A stretch of DNA of 64,000 bases from contig NC_086097.1 of the NCBI RefSeq assembly GCF_963921235.1, forward strand, positions 147,190,001 through 147,254,000. The letters run 5' to 3'. Below the pieces are notes generated by a model. The model was not told the DNA's origin. It was given only the letters and a program-made list of their open reading frames with translations, and made no database searches. Positions 1 to 13,296 of the stretch are shown piece after piece. The stretch comes from Mobula hypostoma (Eukaryota). Numbering within the stretch: position 1 is the first letter of the stretch; each line of letters starts with the position of its first letter. A program made the translations under genes and the position numbers.

Positions 1-153
1 AATGCTACACTGAAGTGTTAATTTCTGAAGTTAAGCTCAGACCTCTAGTTATGGAGCCCATGGCCTCTAGTTCAATTGTGTGAGTGCCCCTACTGTGCTC
101 CATCTCACAGACTGATACAGAGATTAAGTTGAACGTGCAGATATATGATATGA

Positions 154-585
154 ATACTACTACTACTACGTCGACTCAGGCCTAGGGGGCCGGCGTCGGG
201 CATGATGACAGACTCTCCACTTCTCCCTCTCCCTCATCATGTGTTCAGTTCATCTACATTAGCCGCGCCGCTGTCTTCTAGGAGCGTGTTGACCGTAGTC
301 TTGGGAGGGCGCCCAGGGTTCATCCTCCCGTGCTTGGGCAGGTAGCTCGGGGTGGCGTAGACAGTGCTCCGCTAGTTGCAGTCTTCTCGCCTCGATTTTA
401 GAGGTGAGCATCAGTAGGTTGTTATAGAGCTCGACATTCATTATGTGCTGTTGCTAACTCACATCAAGAGTCATCCGGAGTATTCGTGTATAGCAACCAT
501 CTAGAGACTTCCACATAGTCTTGGTGAGTGTCCACGTCTCGCATCCGTATGTGAGAACGGACTCTATGACTGCTATGAAAATCCT
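154..585 (-). mobile_element. RTE-clade LINE 3' fragment
   Basis: (TAC)n at 154-169 is a (GTA)n tail on the minus strand; the minus ORF contains RRLQLAEHCLRHPELPA, resembling the RTE C-terminal RRL.xAGHC.R motif. Confidence 0.6.
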
Positions 586-3329
586 ATGATATTAATGACT
601 ATTTGAAATTACATGAATCCATAGAAAAGAATGGTCTGATTTCCCTTACTCCTGGAAGTATTACAAGCTGAAAGGAAAATAAATGATCATCTAGTTCTTG
701 TGCCATTGTTATACTGGCAACAGATATGCTGCATCTGGGTGGATGGGGTAGAAAAGAGGAAGAGACAAAATGAAAAAGGGTGGGAACACAACGGTAGACT
801 TAATTTGTTTATTTTTATGCCATGATCCTACTTAATTTCATCTTGGATAGGAGAGAGAAATCCAATGGACAATACACGAGAGAATATAGAATATACTCAT
901 GTAGACGTTGAGCATATACCACTGCATTCTTTGATAAATTTGTAAATGATAGAAAGCACAGGCAGGAAATTGAAGGGAGCCTATTGCTGAAATATATCTA
1001 TAATTAATGTATACATATCCCATACATTTCTGAAGAGCAAGCAAACAAAGGGGTGTTAACCTGCGTCTATATACTACCGCTGTAAAGAAAGACGGGAAGG
1101 TGGAAGTAAGGGGGAGGATATGCCCATCAAGTATTACCATCATATCTATGCAATTACAATGCATTTCCATGTAACTGATCTGCATTGCTATGTAAATATA
1201 GTAACCTGGTTTATTTAATGGACATCAAATAACTTCAATCCCCTTGTGATATGTGCCTGACATGAATCAAATAACAAGCCTGAAATCTCTTAAAGAATAT
1301 AGTTGGAAGGTTCGTTACATAGTTATAATGGCTATAGTTTTTGAAGGGTTGACTTTGTCCATTCTCCAAAGTGGAAGTGAGTACAAGTTAATACTCAGCA
1401 GGAAATAAAACAGTTTTGTTAATAATGGGGACCTTTAATTGTAGCTTGATACTGGATGAAAGAGTGAGGTTAATTATATCACATTATATAAACAGCGACC
1501 TCGACTTCACTCTCCACTAAATCTAAAGATGAAGTAGCAAAATGTCAAAGGTAATTTTCATATGCCGCTTGCCAATACTATAACATTGTGGCCTTTTCAA
1601 ATGACCCATTTTCTTAAGTAAACTCTTGTGCATGGGTGAAACATTTTTATTTTGCTAACTGGCGTTGCTTGTGTTTACATAGAGTTTTATCATGTTGCAA
1701 TGTCTCCCCAGAATTAGTCAGACCACAAAATGTTCTTCATGTTTATTCAAGCTCTTTCAAAAGACATCTGATTAGTTCCATTCCTTCTGCACATCATTAT
1801 ATGACCTTTTTTGTTTCCTTTTCAAATATATATTAAATTTTGTTTTAAACATTAATTTGCAGCCAGGACAAGAATTTGGGTTATGCATTCGAGATTATTA
1901 ATCAAGTAAACAGCATAGAGATAAATTACTAGGTAATTTAAATAAACTTTGTCTTCCTAAGTTTGCTATGCAACCTAAATTTGGTTTGTTTTATATTGTC
2001 ATCCATTCACTGTTCTGCTGGTTCACTTTTTAGACTGATTGTAATACCACCTGCACACTATAAAGTTTGTGTAAAAAAAGTATAAAGAAAATGTTAAGTA
2101 TGTTGTGTCAAATATAACATTTAATTTATCTCTGTTGATCTCTGGTTTTTGCTCTTTGCTTTCTGATTGATAGCTTCTCTATGCACCAAGGTTTACTTTT
2201 ATCTCTTTCCACTTTCTCCTGTTCCACTTTTATGGCTCACTCATATTCTCTGTTTCTTTTTTCCTTTCTCTTTGTCTCAATCTGCCTCTTTATTCATCTA
2301 TCTTTTTATATGTGATTGGAATGTTATTCAAGGATAAAACAGCTTTAAGAAACATTTGAGGAGATAATGTCACCTTTAACGTCAACATAAACAAAGCCTC
2401 ACAGATACAGAGAGCCTACAGTAAATCATAAATGTCTAGAAAACTTCAACACGTAACATAAAATGGAGAGAGTGCCATAGTTAACATAACAAGTCTTGAT
2501 CATTGCCCGGCTCTGATCATATTCATGTGTAGGATCATTTTAAATCCTTGTGTGGCAATTCAGCCTGAGGTTAGTGTTCAACGAGTTAGTCTCAGCCAAC
2601 ATAATGTTGCACATTCCACAAATGTCAAAAAAACTATACACACAGATGAAGATAGAAAGGCATTAATGTGCAATATAAGTTCATTTTTCCCATTCAAACT
2701 CCAAGATTGTGACTGTGCACTCTGCAATAAAACACAATGATGCTCAGTCTTTAAACCATCTGTAGTCGAAATACAACCCATAGCCATTCAAAGTCTAGAT
2801 TCACATTATGGCATTTTACCAATGGATATGTCTGTTTGAGAAAGAGAAAGAAAATCATGATTCTTCTAGCAATTATGCTGACCTATTATCACCAATGGGA
2901 CTGTCTTAGAGTCTCTAGCAAAATCAGACTCGTTGCTTTCTCTATTAACATAAAAGCTTGCCAAGTCGAAGTTTACACATATAGAAAACATATCCTTAAG
3001 ATTCACAGTTACAGTACAGGATATCTGAGATGCTGGATAACTGCCACGATCTTGTTCTCACAGGCTAGTCTGGGCATCAAGTAGCCTGGATTAGATGCCA
3101 GGTCTATTCTTAGATAATGCACTATATCTTCCAAGTTCTGTATGCTAAAGCTTGCAGCACATAATCCTTGGTCTCACCATCTTTCAAGATTCTAATGATT
3201 CTAGATATTTGGTACTACAGTTTACCATCTTTTTTTTTGTTTGCTAGTTATGTCACTTTAATTTCAAACAAAAATTAAGGGGACAATTTCAATGTAGCAA
3301 ATACATTGCAATTTCAATGGCAAAGTAGG

Positions 3330-4110
3330 TAATTCCATCAAGTGACCATCGTTCAACAGTGAACCAAAATGTAATTGGCAATATGCCCTTCAGCAAATGG
3401 ATGATATTACAAAGATGGGTGAAGAGGTCTGGAGTATGATATGAGTGAAAGGGGATGAAAATAGGAGGATTGGAGGAAGATTGGAAGGAAAGAGACGAGG
3501 AAGAGAGTAGAAAGGAAAACAGCCTATTGGAGGGGCTGGTTACCAAAAATTGGAAAACTCAATATTCTTGCCATTGAATAGTGACTACCCAGGCAGAATA
3601 TGAAGTATTTTTCCTCCAGTTTGCTTTGGCCTTCATCCTGGTAGTACAGAAGGCCAAGGATGGACAGGTTAGTGTGGGAATGGAAAGGAAAATTGAAATG
3701 GTTTGCAACTGGGAGCTCCGGATAGCTCATTGCATACCAACTGGCTGAAAGAGTTGCCCAGTCTTTGTATGGTTTCACTGATGTAGAGGAGGCCATATCA
3801 AGATCAGGAAGTGGAGTAGACAAGATTGAATGAGGTGCGCATGAATGTTTTCCTCAGCTGAGAAGGATGATTAGGTCCCTGGATGGTAGTAAGGGAGAAT
3901 GTATAAGAACAAGTATTACACCTCTTGCACAGGCAGGGTTAAGTGCCAGGGATCAGGAGGAGGCAGGTGGAATGGGATTAGTGGACTAGGGAGTCATGGA
4001 TGGCGTGGTCCCTGCCAAAGGTGAAAAAGGGTAGGGAGAAGGTGTGGTTGGTGGTGGTATCTCATTATAGCTGGTGGAAATAAGGGAGGATGATATACTG
4101 GATAATTCAT
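3330..4110 (-). mobile_element. Degenerate Penelope-like element (GIY-YIG end)
   Basis: Minus translation near 3770-3830 gives NLVYS....YGLLYISET (GIY-YIG), followed by PELPVANHFNFPFHSH; boundaries approximate. Confidence 0.6.
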
Positions 4111-5809
4111 ATCTCAAGATGAGATAGCTGTTCTGTTTCTGACCTATAACCAATTTCCATCCATGCTGTCACATTCTCCTTATTACAATGTACCTTTAGT
4201 TAATTAACAGGCTCCAACCCCTCTACCATAATGTGGTTGAACATAATGATTCTTAGCACTCTGAATAGCACACTTGTAATAAGTTCCTCTGTGTGCTATT
4301 TTAGTCATTGCTAACTTGTTTGAAATTAATTATGTACCAACATTGTAAGGATATAGCCCACTTGAGAATTTTATTTGCACTTATTAATCAACTTGCCAAA
4401 AATAGCGGAGCTGAATTTTAACTCCTGTTGTACTAATTATCAAAACAAACATTACACATTGGTTTTGCTTTCTTTAGTAATCTTATTACAGCATTTTAAG
4501 TAAAATAAATATAATTTCAATTTAAACGACAAATGCCTGGTTCAGATAAAATGGCACTCACAGAAAAATTGAATGGCATTTGGATTGGTTCCCTAGTAAA
4601 AGCACAATTCCTAAATGAATAAAAAGTACTAGTTATTAACAGAGTAGGGAATGGATTTATTTTCTGAAAATATTACTAAAATGTGCGAAATGATCTCATC
4701 CAGCTATTTTATTTTTTGACCTGTCACATAAGCTTAATAGACAATCAAAAAGGGCATATTACCATCAAGTAATTCCTATGACATCATGACCTATTGCTAA
4801 CAAATGTTCCCCACTTTTTCCCCTTCGTCTATTTTTATATAAAATTCAATCAGAGATGAATTATGAAACCACACAACAAATTTTAATTGATGGCCATGAT
4901 CAGAATCAATAAAATGTGAACTATTATAAAAGCAGACTCAAACAAACTAAAATTACAGTTACTACAGACCAACAGGAAGTTGTCCATCCTAACTAACCTA
5001 GGTGAGTGTTGTTAAAGAAAGAAAGAAAGACATGTTATTCCTTTCGAATAAGGAAACAAGCAATTGTTGCAAATTTAGAATCATAGAGCCACAGAGACTC
5101 TTCCACAGGTGGTTCAGCAGATTGCCTGATGGGACAGGCAGGGCAGTGGGTGGATGGTTCCTTCTTCCATTCAGGAAATACTCTGTGTGATTTGCATACA
5201 TGTAATGTTGTAGATCTGAATTCGGAGCTCAAAGGAAATTTGTAATCAAAGTACATATATGTCACCATATATCACCCTGAGATTCATTTTTTGTGGGCAT
5301 TCACAGTAAGTTGAAAGAATCACAGTAGATTCAATGAAAACTACACATGACATAGGTGGACAAAAAACATGTACAAAAGGCAACGGACAGTGCAAGTACA
5401 AAACTGAAATAATAAAAAGTTAAGCAAAAATGTCAAGAATACGAGTCATAGAGTCCTTAAAAGTGAATCCCTAGGTTGTGAAATCAGTTCATTGTTGGGG
5501 TGAATGAAGTTATCCCCTCTAGTTCAAGAACCTGATGGTTGAACAGTAATAACTGCATCTGAACCTAGTGGTGTAGGATGAGGCTCATGTACTCCCTTCC
5601 TGATGGCAACAGCAAGAAGAGAGCATGGCCTGGCTGGTGGGAATCCTTGATGATGGATGCTGCTTTCCAGCAACAATGCCTTTGTATATCTGCTCAATGG
5701 TGGTATGAGTTTACCTGTGATGGATTTGGCTGTATTCACTACTCTTTTTGAAGGTTTTTATAGTTATTATGCAGTTAATGATAAAGGATCTAGTGCTTTC
5801 CTGGCATAT

Positions 5810-6433
5810 ATGACAAATAAACTCTTCTCAGGCTTCCAGCCAGGTACAGGTATCGATTTTAACTGATGTTTTGATGATAAATTCTGCAATCTTCATCAGG
5901 GGTGATACTTAGCCATATCTAGTCAGATGGTATATATATCCCTGTTGTCCTTCCCTCCTGATTGGTTAGTCCTTGTCCAATCAATTTTCCACTGCCCCAC
6001 CTTATTTACACTTGAATTCTAGTTCTTACCTCAAGCAAGACCTTTGTCTTTGTTAAAGTTCTTTTTCTCTCATTTTATTTCAATGGTTTCCTTCAACAGA
6101 TGGTCCCCAAACTACTGTGATGTGCCAATGGCTTTTGAGACCACTTGATGAAGGAAGCCGTTGAAATAAAACTAGAGAAAAAGAATTTTAACAAAGACAA
6201 AGGTCTTCCTCTCAATAAGAATTGGAATTTGATTATAAGCAAGGTGGGACAGAAGAAACCTGATCATATAAGGACTAGCTATTCAGGAGGGACGGATGAT
6301 GGGAGGCATATATACCACTGGACTAGACATGCCTAGGCATCATCTGTAATGAAGATGGCAGAGTTTCTCATTGAAACATCAATTAAAATTGATACTTGTA
6401 CCCGGCTGGAAGCCAAGGAAGAGTTTATTCATC
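5810..6433. mobile_element. Penelope-like 3'/pseudo-LTR segments in inverted arrangement
   Basis: About 5810-6110 is the diverged reverse complement of about 6120-6433; KEAVEIKLEKKNFNKDKG resembles the PLE GIY-YIG C-terminus. Confidence 0.65.
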
Positions 6434-7104
6434 ATACAGTTAATGTTTCCTAATTACCAGAAGAAAATAATTGAGCTTGCTTTTATTGTGAAAATCCATA
6501 GTTCCTCATTAAGCTGTTTGTAATTTTCTATGTAAGTGCCACCATGCAAAAAGTCTCAATTTACTAACAATACTGCAGTGGTGTTTGCCGCATAGTGTTC
6601 TTACAATCCAGCTGTGGAGTATAACTTACAATGGCTTAACAGAATCACTGAGAATTCTGCCCACCAAATCCAAAGCAACCTTGTTCATTTGAACAGAAAT
6701 GTTTCTGAATCAAAATCACATTTATTATCAAAGTTTGAAGTAAATTTTATTATCAAAGTACATATATGTCACAATACACAACCCAGAGATTCATTTTTCT
6801 GCCAGCATACCCAGAAAATCTATAGAACAGTACCATCTTCTGGATAGATCACAAAAGCATACAGTTCACTTCTTTTATATCTTTTACTTTTGTGTTTTGT
6901 CTTGGATGTGATTCCGGAGCTGCTAGTATACTTTCCAGCATACTTCTTTAGAAATTTGTCAATGTTTTAGATGTTCTGCAGAATCTCCACAGATCCTGAT
7001 GAAGTAGAGGTGCTGTTGTACTTTCTTTGCAATTGTACTTGTGTGGTGGGTCTAGGGTATGTCCTCTGAAATAGTAACTCACAAGAATTTAAAGTTGCTA
7101 ACCT

Positions 7105-7990
7105 GATGGAGAGAGAGAGTTGGGGGGGGGGACCTGACAGGAACAGAGAGGAAGAGCCTGGCGGGGTTAGGGCGGCCGGTGTGAGCAGACCTGTCAGGGA
7201 AAGAGCTCGGGTTTGTGGGGTGTATGGGCCAGGTTTAGGGTTGGGGTTAGGAGTTAGAGTTAGAATGTAGATATGCAGGCAGTGGGAAAACTATCTCTTT
7301 TATGTTTCTAGATCTCATTATTGGAGATTCAGTGTCACTTGACCCTGCCAATTTGTTCTGGCCCAGACCTTCGTTAACCTAGTCCAATCCTTGTCTTTAT
7401 TGTGATCTTCCTCTACCTTACATCCATTTTAAAGTTTAGGGTTATGAATATGCTAAGGTGGTGGGTTATTACTTATGGTTGGTGTTGGGGGAGCTTGATT
7501 GTAGGGAATGAGTGCGCTGATTTGGGGGATATGGAGTGAAGGGTTAGGAATAGGGGGATGGTTGGGAAATGGAGGTGAAGGCCTCTTGGTGAGGGGGGGC
7601 GGTCCTGGCAGAGAGGAATGGGGGGAGGGGGAACCTGAAGGATGGAGAGGGGAAGGAACCTGTTGAGGAGAGAGGTTGGGACCAGTTGAGCAGAGAGGGG
7701 GGGTCCTGTCAGGGAGAGAGAAGAAGGCTTCTGGCCGAGTTGGGAGGGCCTGGCAGAGAAAGAGAGAAGAGGTGGGTGGACCTGTCAAGGAGAGAGCTCA
7801 GATTTCTGGATGTGTGTATGAGAGGTGGGGATATTAGGGTTGAGAGATTTAGGTGAAGGTCTCCTAGAGGGGAGAAAGAATGGGGGCTGGCAGTGAGAGA
7901 GCTCAGGTTTGTGAGGATTGTACTGATTATGTGTGCACAATAAAGAGCTTCAGTACCTAGTGGGCAATGCCGGAATCGGAAGCTGTGATG
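7105..7990. repeat. G/A-rich degenerate minisatellite-like tract
   Basis: Recurrent GACCTGTCAGGGAGAGAG(CTCAGGTTTGTG) variants at about 7131, 7188, 7602, 7658, 7703, 7747, 7779 and 7887. Confidence 0.5.
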
Positions 7991-8039
7991 GGGACCTGGT
8001 TGTGTGTTCATAGCATTGAGGAGCAGTTCAGTAATAAAA

Positions 8040-8425
8040 AGTTCTAATGTAAACCCACACCAGGTTTGTCTTTATTAAGAAGAAACATAACAGGGTGTCA
8101 AAAAACAGCATGATGTCAAAAGGCAGAGAGTAAATGAATACCATGACTGAGAAAGAGGCTGGGTGAGGATGATACGTGCTAGCAGGATGTGAGGACAGAC
8201 TGTAGTTACAACAAAGAAGAGCTGACCAGTGAGTTGAAAGAGCATGTTGTTCCTGAAGTTCAACAGTCACTGAATTCTCCAAGAGATTCAGGTGACCGGG
8301 TGAGAGTTCCTGTCAGGGATAAGCTAAGTCCTCCTGCACTCATATTCAGAGAAAGACGGCAGAACGAAAAAGATTTGACACTGGAAAAGGCTAAATCTGT
8401 GTAGGGCAGCAGAGACCACACAAGC
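8040..8425 (+). mobile_element. LTR-retrotransposon gag remnant (Gypsy-like)
   Basis: Translation around EKDLTLEKAKSV*RAAET resembles the Gypsy gag DLTL.KA...CRA.E motif. Confidence 0.4.
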
Positions 8426-8429
8426 TCTA

Positions 8430-10130
8430 TCTGGTGCCACTTTCCAGGAGCTCTGTAGTGTATGCTTTTTGATATTCTTGTGTTTGCATGAGCTATATAT
8501 TATTGACATGTTTTGTGAAATTTGTGGTTTTGCAGTAGCTGTACAGTGTAAGACACTACTTCTTATAAGTTACAATAATAAATTAATAGTGCAAAAGAGG
8601 GACAATGAGGTGGTGTTCATAAGTTCCTGGACCATTCAGAGATCTGATGGCAGAGGGGAAAAAGCTGTTCCTAATTGTTAAGTGTAAGTCTTCAGATTCT
8701 TGTGCATTGTCCTCCTAAACGGTAGTAATGAGAAGAGGATATGTACTCCTTTAAGCACCACCTCTTGAAGATGTACTTGATGGTGGGGAGGTCTCTGCCA
8801 TCGGGAAAGTGGCTGAACCTACAACACTCCGCAGCTGCTTTCGATCCGGTACCTTGGAGACTTCATACAAGGAGGAGATGCAACCAACCTCAGTTATACA
8901 TCTGGAGAACCTTGCAAGGGTCTTTGATGACATACCATATCTACTCAAACTCCTAATGAGCTGCTGGCATGCCTTCTTCATGACTGCACCAAAATATTCA
9001 CAGTTCAAGGTAAATTTGCTATCAAAGTACATATATAGATATATAGATCTATAAGAGTCCTTGAAAGTGAATCCGAATGTTGTGGGAACAGTTTATTGAT
9101 GGGGCGAGTGAAGTTGGTTGGAGTTATCCTGTTATCCTCTCTGGTTCAATAGCCTGAGGATAGAGAGGTAATAACAGTTCCTGAACCTGGTGATGTGAGT
9201 CCTGAGGCACCTGTACCTTCTCCCTGATGAGCATGGTCTGGATGGTGGGGATCCTTGAGGATGGATAGTGCTTTCCTCAGAAGAGCCTTCCATATAGATT
9301 TGTTCAACGGTGGGGAAGGCTTTATGTGTGGATAGACTGAGCCATATCCACTACTTTTTGTCAGCTTTTCTGTTCAAGTCCATGAAGCAACCAATGAATA
9401 TAATCTCCACCACATATCTACAGAAGTTTGTCAGGGTTTTAGATATTACGTCAAATGTTCACAAACTTCGAAGAAAGTCAAGACACTGCTGTGCTTTCTT
9501 CATAATAGCATTTATGTACTGGATCCAGGACAGATTCTCTGAAATGATAACACCAAGGAATTTAAAATTGTTGATTTTCCAATGAGAACTGATTCATGGA
9601 CCTCTGGTTTCCTTCTCCTGAAGATAATAATCAGCTCTTTTGTCTTGTTGACATTGAGTAAGAGGTTGTTGTTGAGGCATCACTCAGACAGATTTTCAAT
9701 CTTCTTCCTATATTCTGATTCCTCACTATATTTGATTTGGCAAATGACAGTGATATTGTCAGGAAATATAAATTTAGCTTTGGAGCTCTGCTTAGTCTCA
9801 TAGTCATAAGTATAAAGTGAGTAAGATAGAGGCTAAGCATACGGCCTTGTTATGCATCTGTGTTGATGGAGATTGTGGAGGAGATGTCAATCTGAACTGA
9901 CTGGGGTCTGCAAGTGAGGAAATTGAGGATCTAGTTGAACAAGGAGGTATTGAGGCCCAGGTGTATAAGCTTGTTGATCGGTTTTGATGGGATGATAGTA
10001 TTTAATGCCAAGTTGAAGTCAATGAAGAGTATCATGATGTATGCACCTTCACTGTCCAGATGATCCTGGGTAGACCAAAATGTTGGGCCCAGGATAAATC
10101 CTCCAAGATACTGATGCCCAGAAATTTCAG
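8430..10130 (-). mobile_element. Cluster of degraded Rex1/Babar LINE fragments
   Basis: Minus [17 protein letters not shown] (Rex1 RT) and the ccaaggaatttaaa (FKFLG) segment; several 3' UTR pieces. Confidence 0.55.
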
Positions 10131-12293
10131 GATTTAGACTCTGCGACAACGAAGGACCAGTGATAAATTTCCAAGAGAAGATGGTGTGTGATTTGAAGGG
10201 AATCTTCATATGTCCTTGCACCTCTTGTACTGTTGGAGAGGTTGTGTGTTTGAAAGGCTTTACTAACCACAGTGCATTTTGTAAATGATACGTATTACGC
10301 CTATTGTATGCTAAAGGTGAAGGGTGTTGATGGAGTGCAAATCAAGATTTGTCCTGGTTTGTTCTGAGCTTCTTGAGTGTTGTTGGCTTTGCAGTCAATC
10401 AAAGCCAGTGGATAATATTCTACTGTGCTTTGAGTAATGTCAGGAGGTGGACCATCAATCAGAATATTCAGTATCTACCTTTCTGTCATTGCCTCAGTGT
10501 TAATGTAGCTGGTCAGGTTGAATTTCTATTCAATGGTGGCCACTTGAATATAATCCTTGAGCATTGGTGAGAGACTAGATGATGGTAATCTTATTGCATG
10601 ACAAAGATAAGTCATAAAACTCTTTCTTGTTGGAGATGATTATTGATTGGCACTCTTATGGTATGGATATCTCTTTTCATATTAGTCCATGTCTAGGTTT
10701 AAGGTCTTAATGCATTCTGGGGAATTGTTAATTTAATTGAACCGTGTGCAATCATCATATAATTTCCTCAGTTCATTGATGAAGCTGCTGAACAGAGCCA
10801 ACTCTAGGTTATTGTCTTAAGAAAATCACACTGTGATGTTCTGGGTCTAAGATGATTGATCTACAACAAACAGAATCATTTTCTGTGCAAGGAGTGACTT
10901 TAACATCAGTTTTACCAGGGCCCCTTGAAGCTATACACTGTCCAATGCTGGATTCATGGCAAGGACATTAAATTTTAGAGCTCAAGTCTTTGTGTGAATG
11001 TTCTTTGATAATTGCATGTTATCTGATTTCATCCACAATTTTTCAGATAATAAGGATACCATGCCTGTAAACAGCATGACCTGGCCAAATTCAGGTTTGT
11101 GCTAATAAATAACATGCAGTTCTCAAACCACAATGGAGTCTTGCAATGAAATTCTTCAACTGCAGAGAGTCTAACCAACTTCCTTTGATATTTAACCACA
11201 TTATCATTGTTGAAAATTTAACAGTCTGAAAGTCAGAGACTTAACTGAATTAATTATCTAAATATTGAAGCAACAGGATCAGGCCTATAGCTACGTATTC
11301 TGCAGTGACACATCTCTCAAAATTTGCCATTCTCCATCAACAACACAAGTCAAGAGTGTGATGGTACATTCTCTGTTTGAAGTGGAGCTCCGACAATATT
11401 AATGAAGCTTGATACTATTCATGCCAAAGCAACATGCCCTAATCAACACCCTCCTTAGATCTTCACACTCCCCATTCTTGGTGTGCAGCATCTGCAGTTT
11501 TCACCATCTGAAAAGTATTGTACACCAGTCTGACAAGGCTTCATTAACAACTCTTCACAAATCACAATCCTGATCAATAAAAGAACAGAGACAGCAAGTG
11601 TGCAGAAACACTGACACCTCAAAGTTGAAATCTTAGAGTTCTTCCAATTGCTCACCATAACTTCATCAGAAAGTTGGCAGAAATTCTAACAAAATAGCAT
11701 GAACAGTATTTATGTCTTCTCAACACGACATTTGTAAGCCATCTGTCAAAAGTTGTAGCAATTGGTTCAGAAAAGTCGAGGAGTTGTTCAAACCTGATTC
11801 AGTGCATTTCCAGCCGGATGACAGAAATATGATGTATAGGTCTAGTCTCCTTACCTAACTAAACATACATTTGCAGTAAAGGGAATCCAGTGAGGGTTAA
11901 TAACATAGACTGAGTCTATACATTTTGGAGCTTAGAAGAATGAGACATCATATAATCAAACAAACAAAATTTTCACAAGGCTTGGTTAAGATAGATGCAG
12001 AGATGATGTTTTCCCTCCCTGAGATGTCTAAAACTAGAGTGAGGAGACATTCTTCATGAAATGTCTTAGAAGATAGAAAAAGATTTCTTCATGCAAAGGA
12101 TATTGAAGCTTTAGAACTATCTACCTAAAGGAGGCTGAGGGGTTCCGTCACTGTATACATTCAAGAGAGAAATTAACAGATATTTGGATTACAAAGGAAT
12201 TGACAGGTAAAGGATTAGTGCAAAAGAGTGACACTGGAGTAAATCTTCAATAATGAGCTATTGCAATATGTATAAGGAGCTGAATGGCCTATT

Positions 12294-13172
12294 TTATAAC
12301 CATATAACAATTACAGCACGGAAACAGGCCACCTCGGCCCTTCTAGTCCATGCTGAACTCCTACTCTCACCTAGTCCCACCGACCTGCACTCGGTCCATA
12401 ACCCTCTATTCCCTTCCTGTCCATATATCTATCCAACTTAACCTTAAACGACAACATTGAACCTGCCTCCACCACTTCTGCTGGAAGCTCGTTCCACACT
12501 GCCACCACTCTCTGAGAAAAGAAGTTCCCCCTCATGTTACCCCTAAACTTTTGCCCTTTAACTCTCAACTCACGTCCTCTTGTTTGAATCTCCCCCACTC
12601 TCAATGGAAAAAGCCTATCTATGTCAACTCTATCAATCCCCCTCATAATTTTAAACACCTCTGTCAAGTCCCCTCTCAACCTTCTATGCTCCAAAGAATA
12701 AAGACCTAACTTGTTCAACCTTTCTCTGTAACTTAGGAGATGAAACCCAGGCAACATTTTAGTAAACCTCCTCTGTACTCTCTCAATTTTATTGACATCT
12801 TTCCTATAATTCAGCGACCAGAACTGCACACAATACGCCAAATTTGGCCTTACCAATGCCTTATACAATTTCAACATTACATCCCAACTCCTATACTCAA
12901 TGCTCTGATTAATGAAGGCTAGCATACCAAAAGCTTTCTTCACCACCCTATCCACATGAGATTCCACCTTCAGGGAACGATGGACCATTATTCCTAGATC
13001 CCTCTGTTCTACAGCGTTCTTCAATGCCCTACCATTTACCATGTATGTCCAATTTTGATTAGTCCAACCAAAATGTAGCACCTCACATTTTTCAGCATTA
13101 AACTCCATCTGCCATCTTTCAGCCCACTCTTCTAACTGGCCTAAGTCTCTCTGCAAGCTTTGAAAACCTACT
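12294..13172 (-). mobile_element. CR1 LINE 3' part (RT C-terminus), 5'-truncated
   Basis: 261-aa ORF 12371-13156 with WQMEFNAEKC, LYKALVRPNL, RLRGDL, GNFFSQRVVAVWNELP; octamer-type tail at about 12294-12310. Confidence 0.92.
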
Positions 13173-13296
13173 TTCTAGTTTCTATATTTTTTTCTGTTGT
13201 ATTATGCTTTCTCAACAATGTGTGATGTCCGCTGCCATTTCCCTATGCCAATTATTTTCTACTCATTCTTTGCTCTTTGTTGGTAATTATATAATG

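Noticed and set aside
1496..1905. Possible plus-strand exon pair (1496-1550 and 1863-1905; TSTSLSTKSKDEVAKCQSQDKNLGYAFEIINQ)
   Set aside because: Phase-compatible, but the splice sites are weak, no further supporting exons were found and the peptide is unrecognised; chance cannot be excluded.
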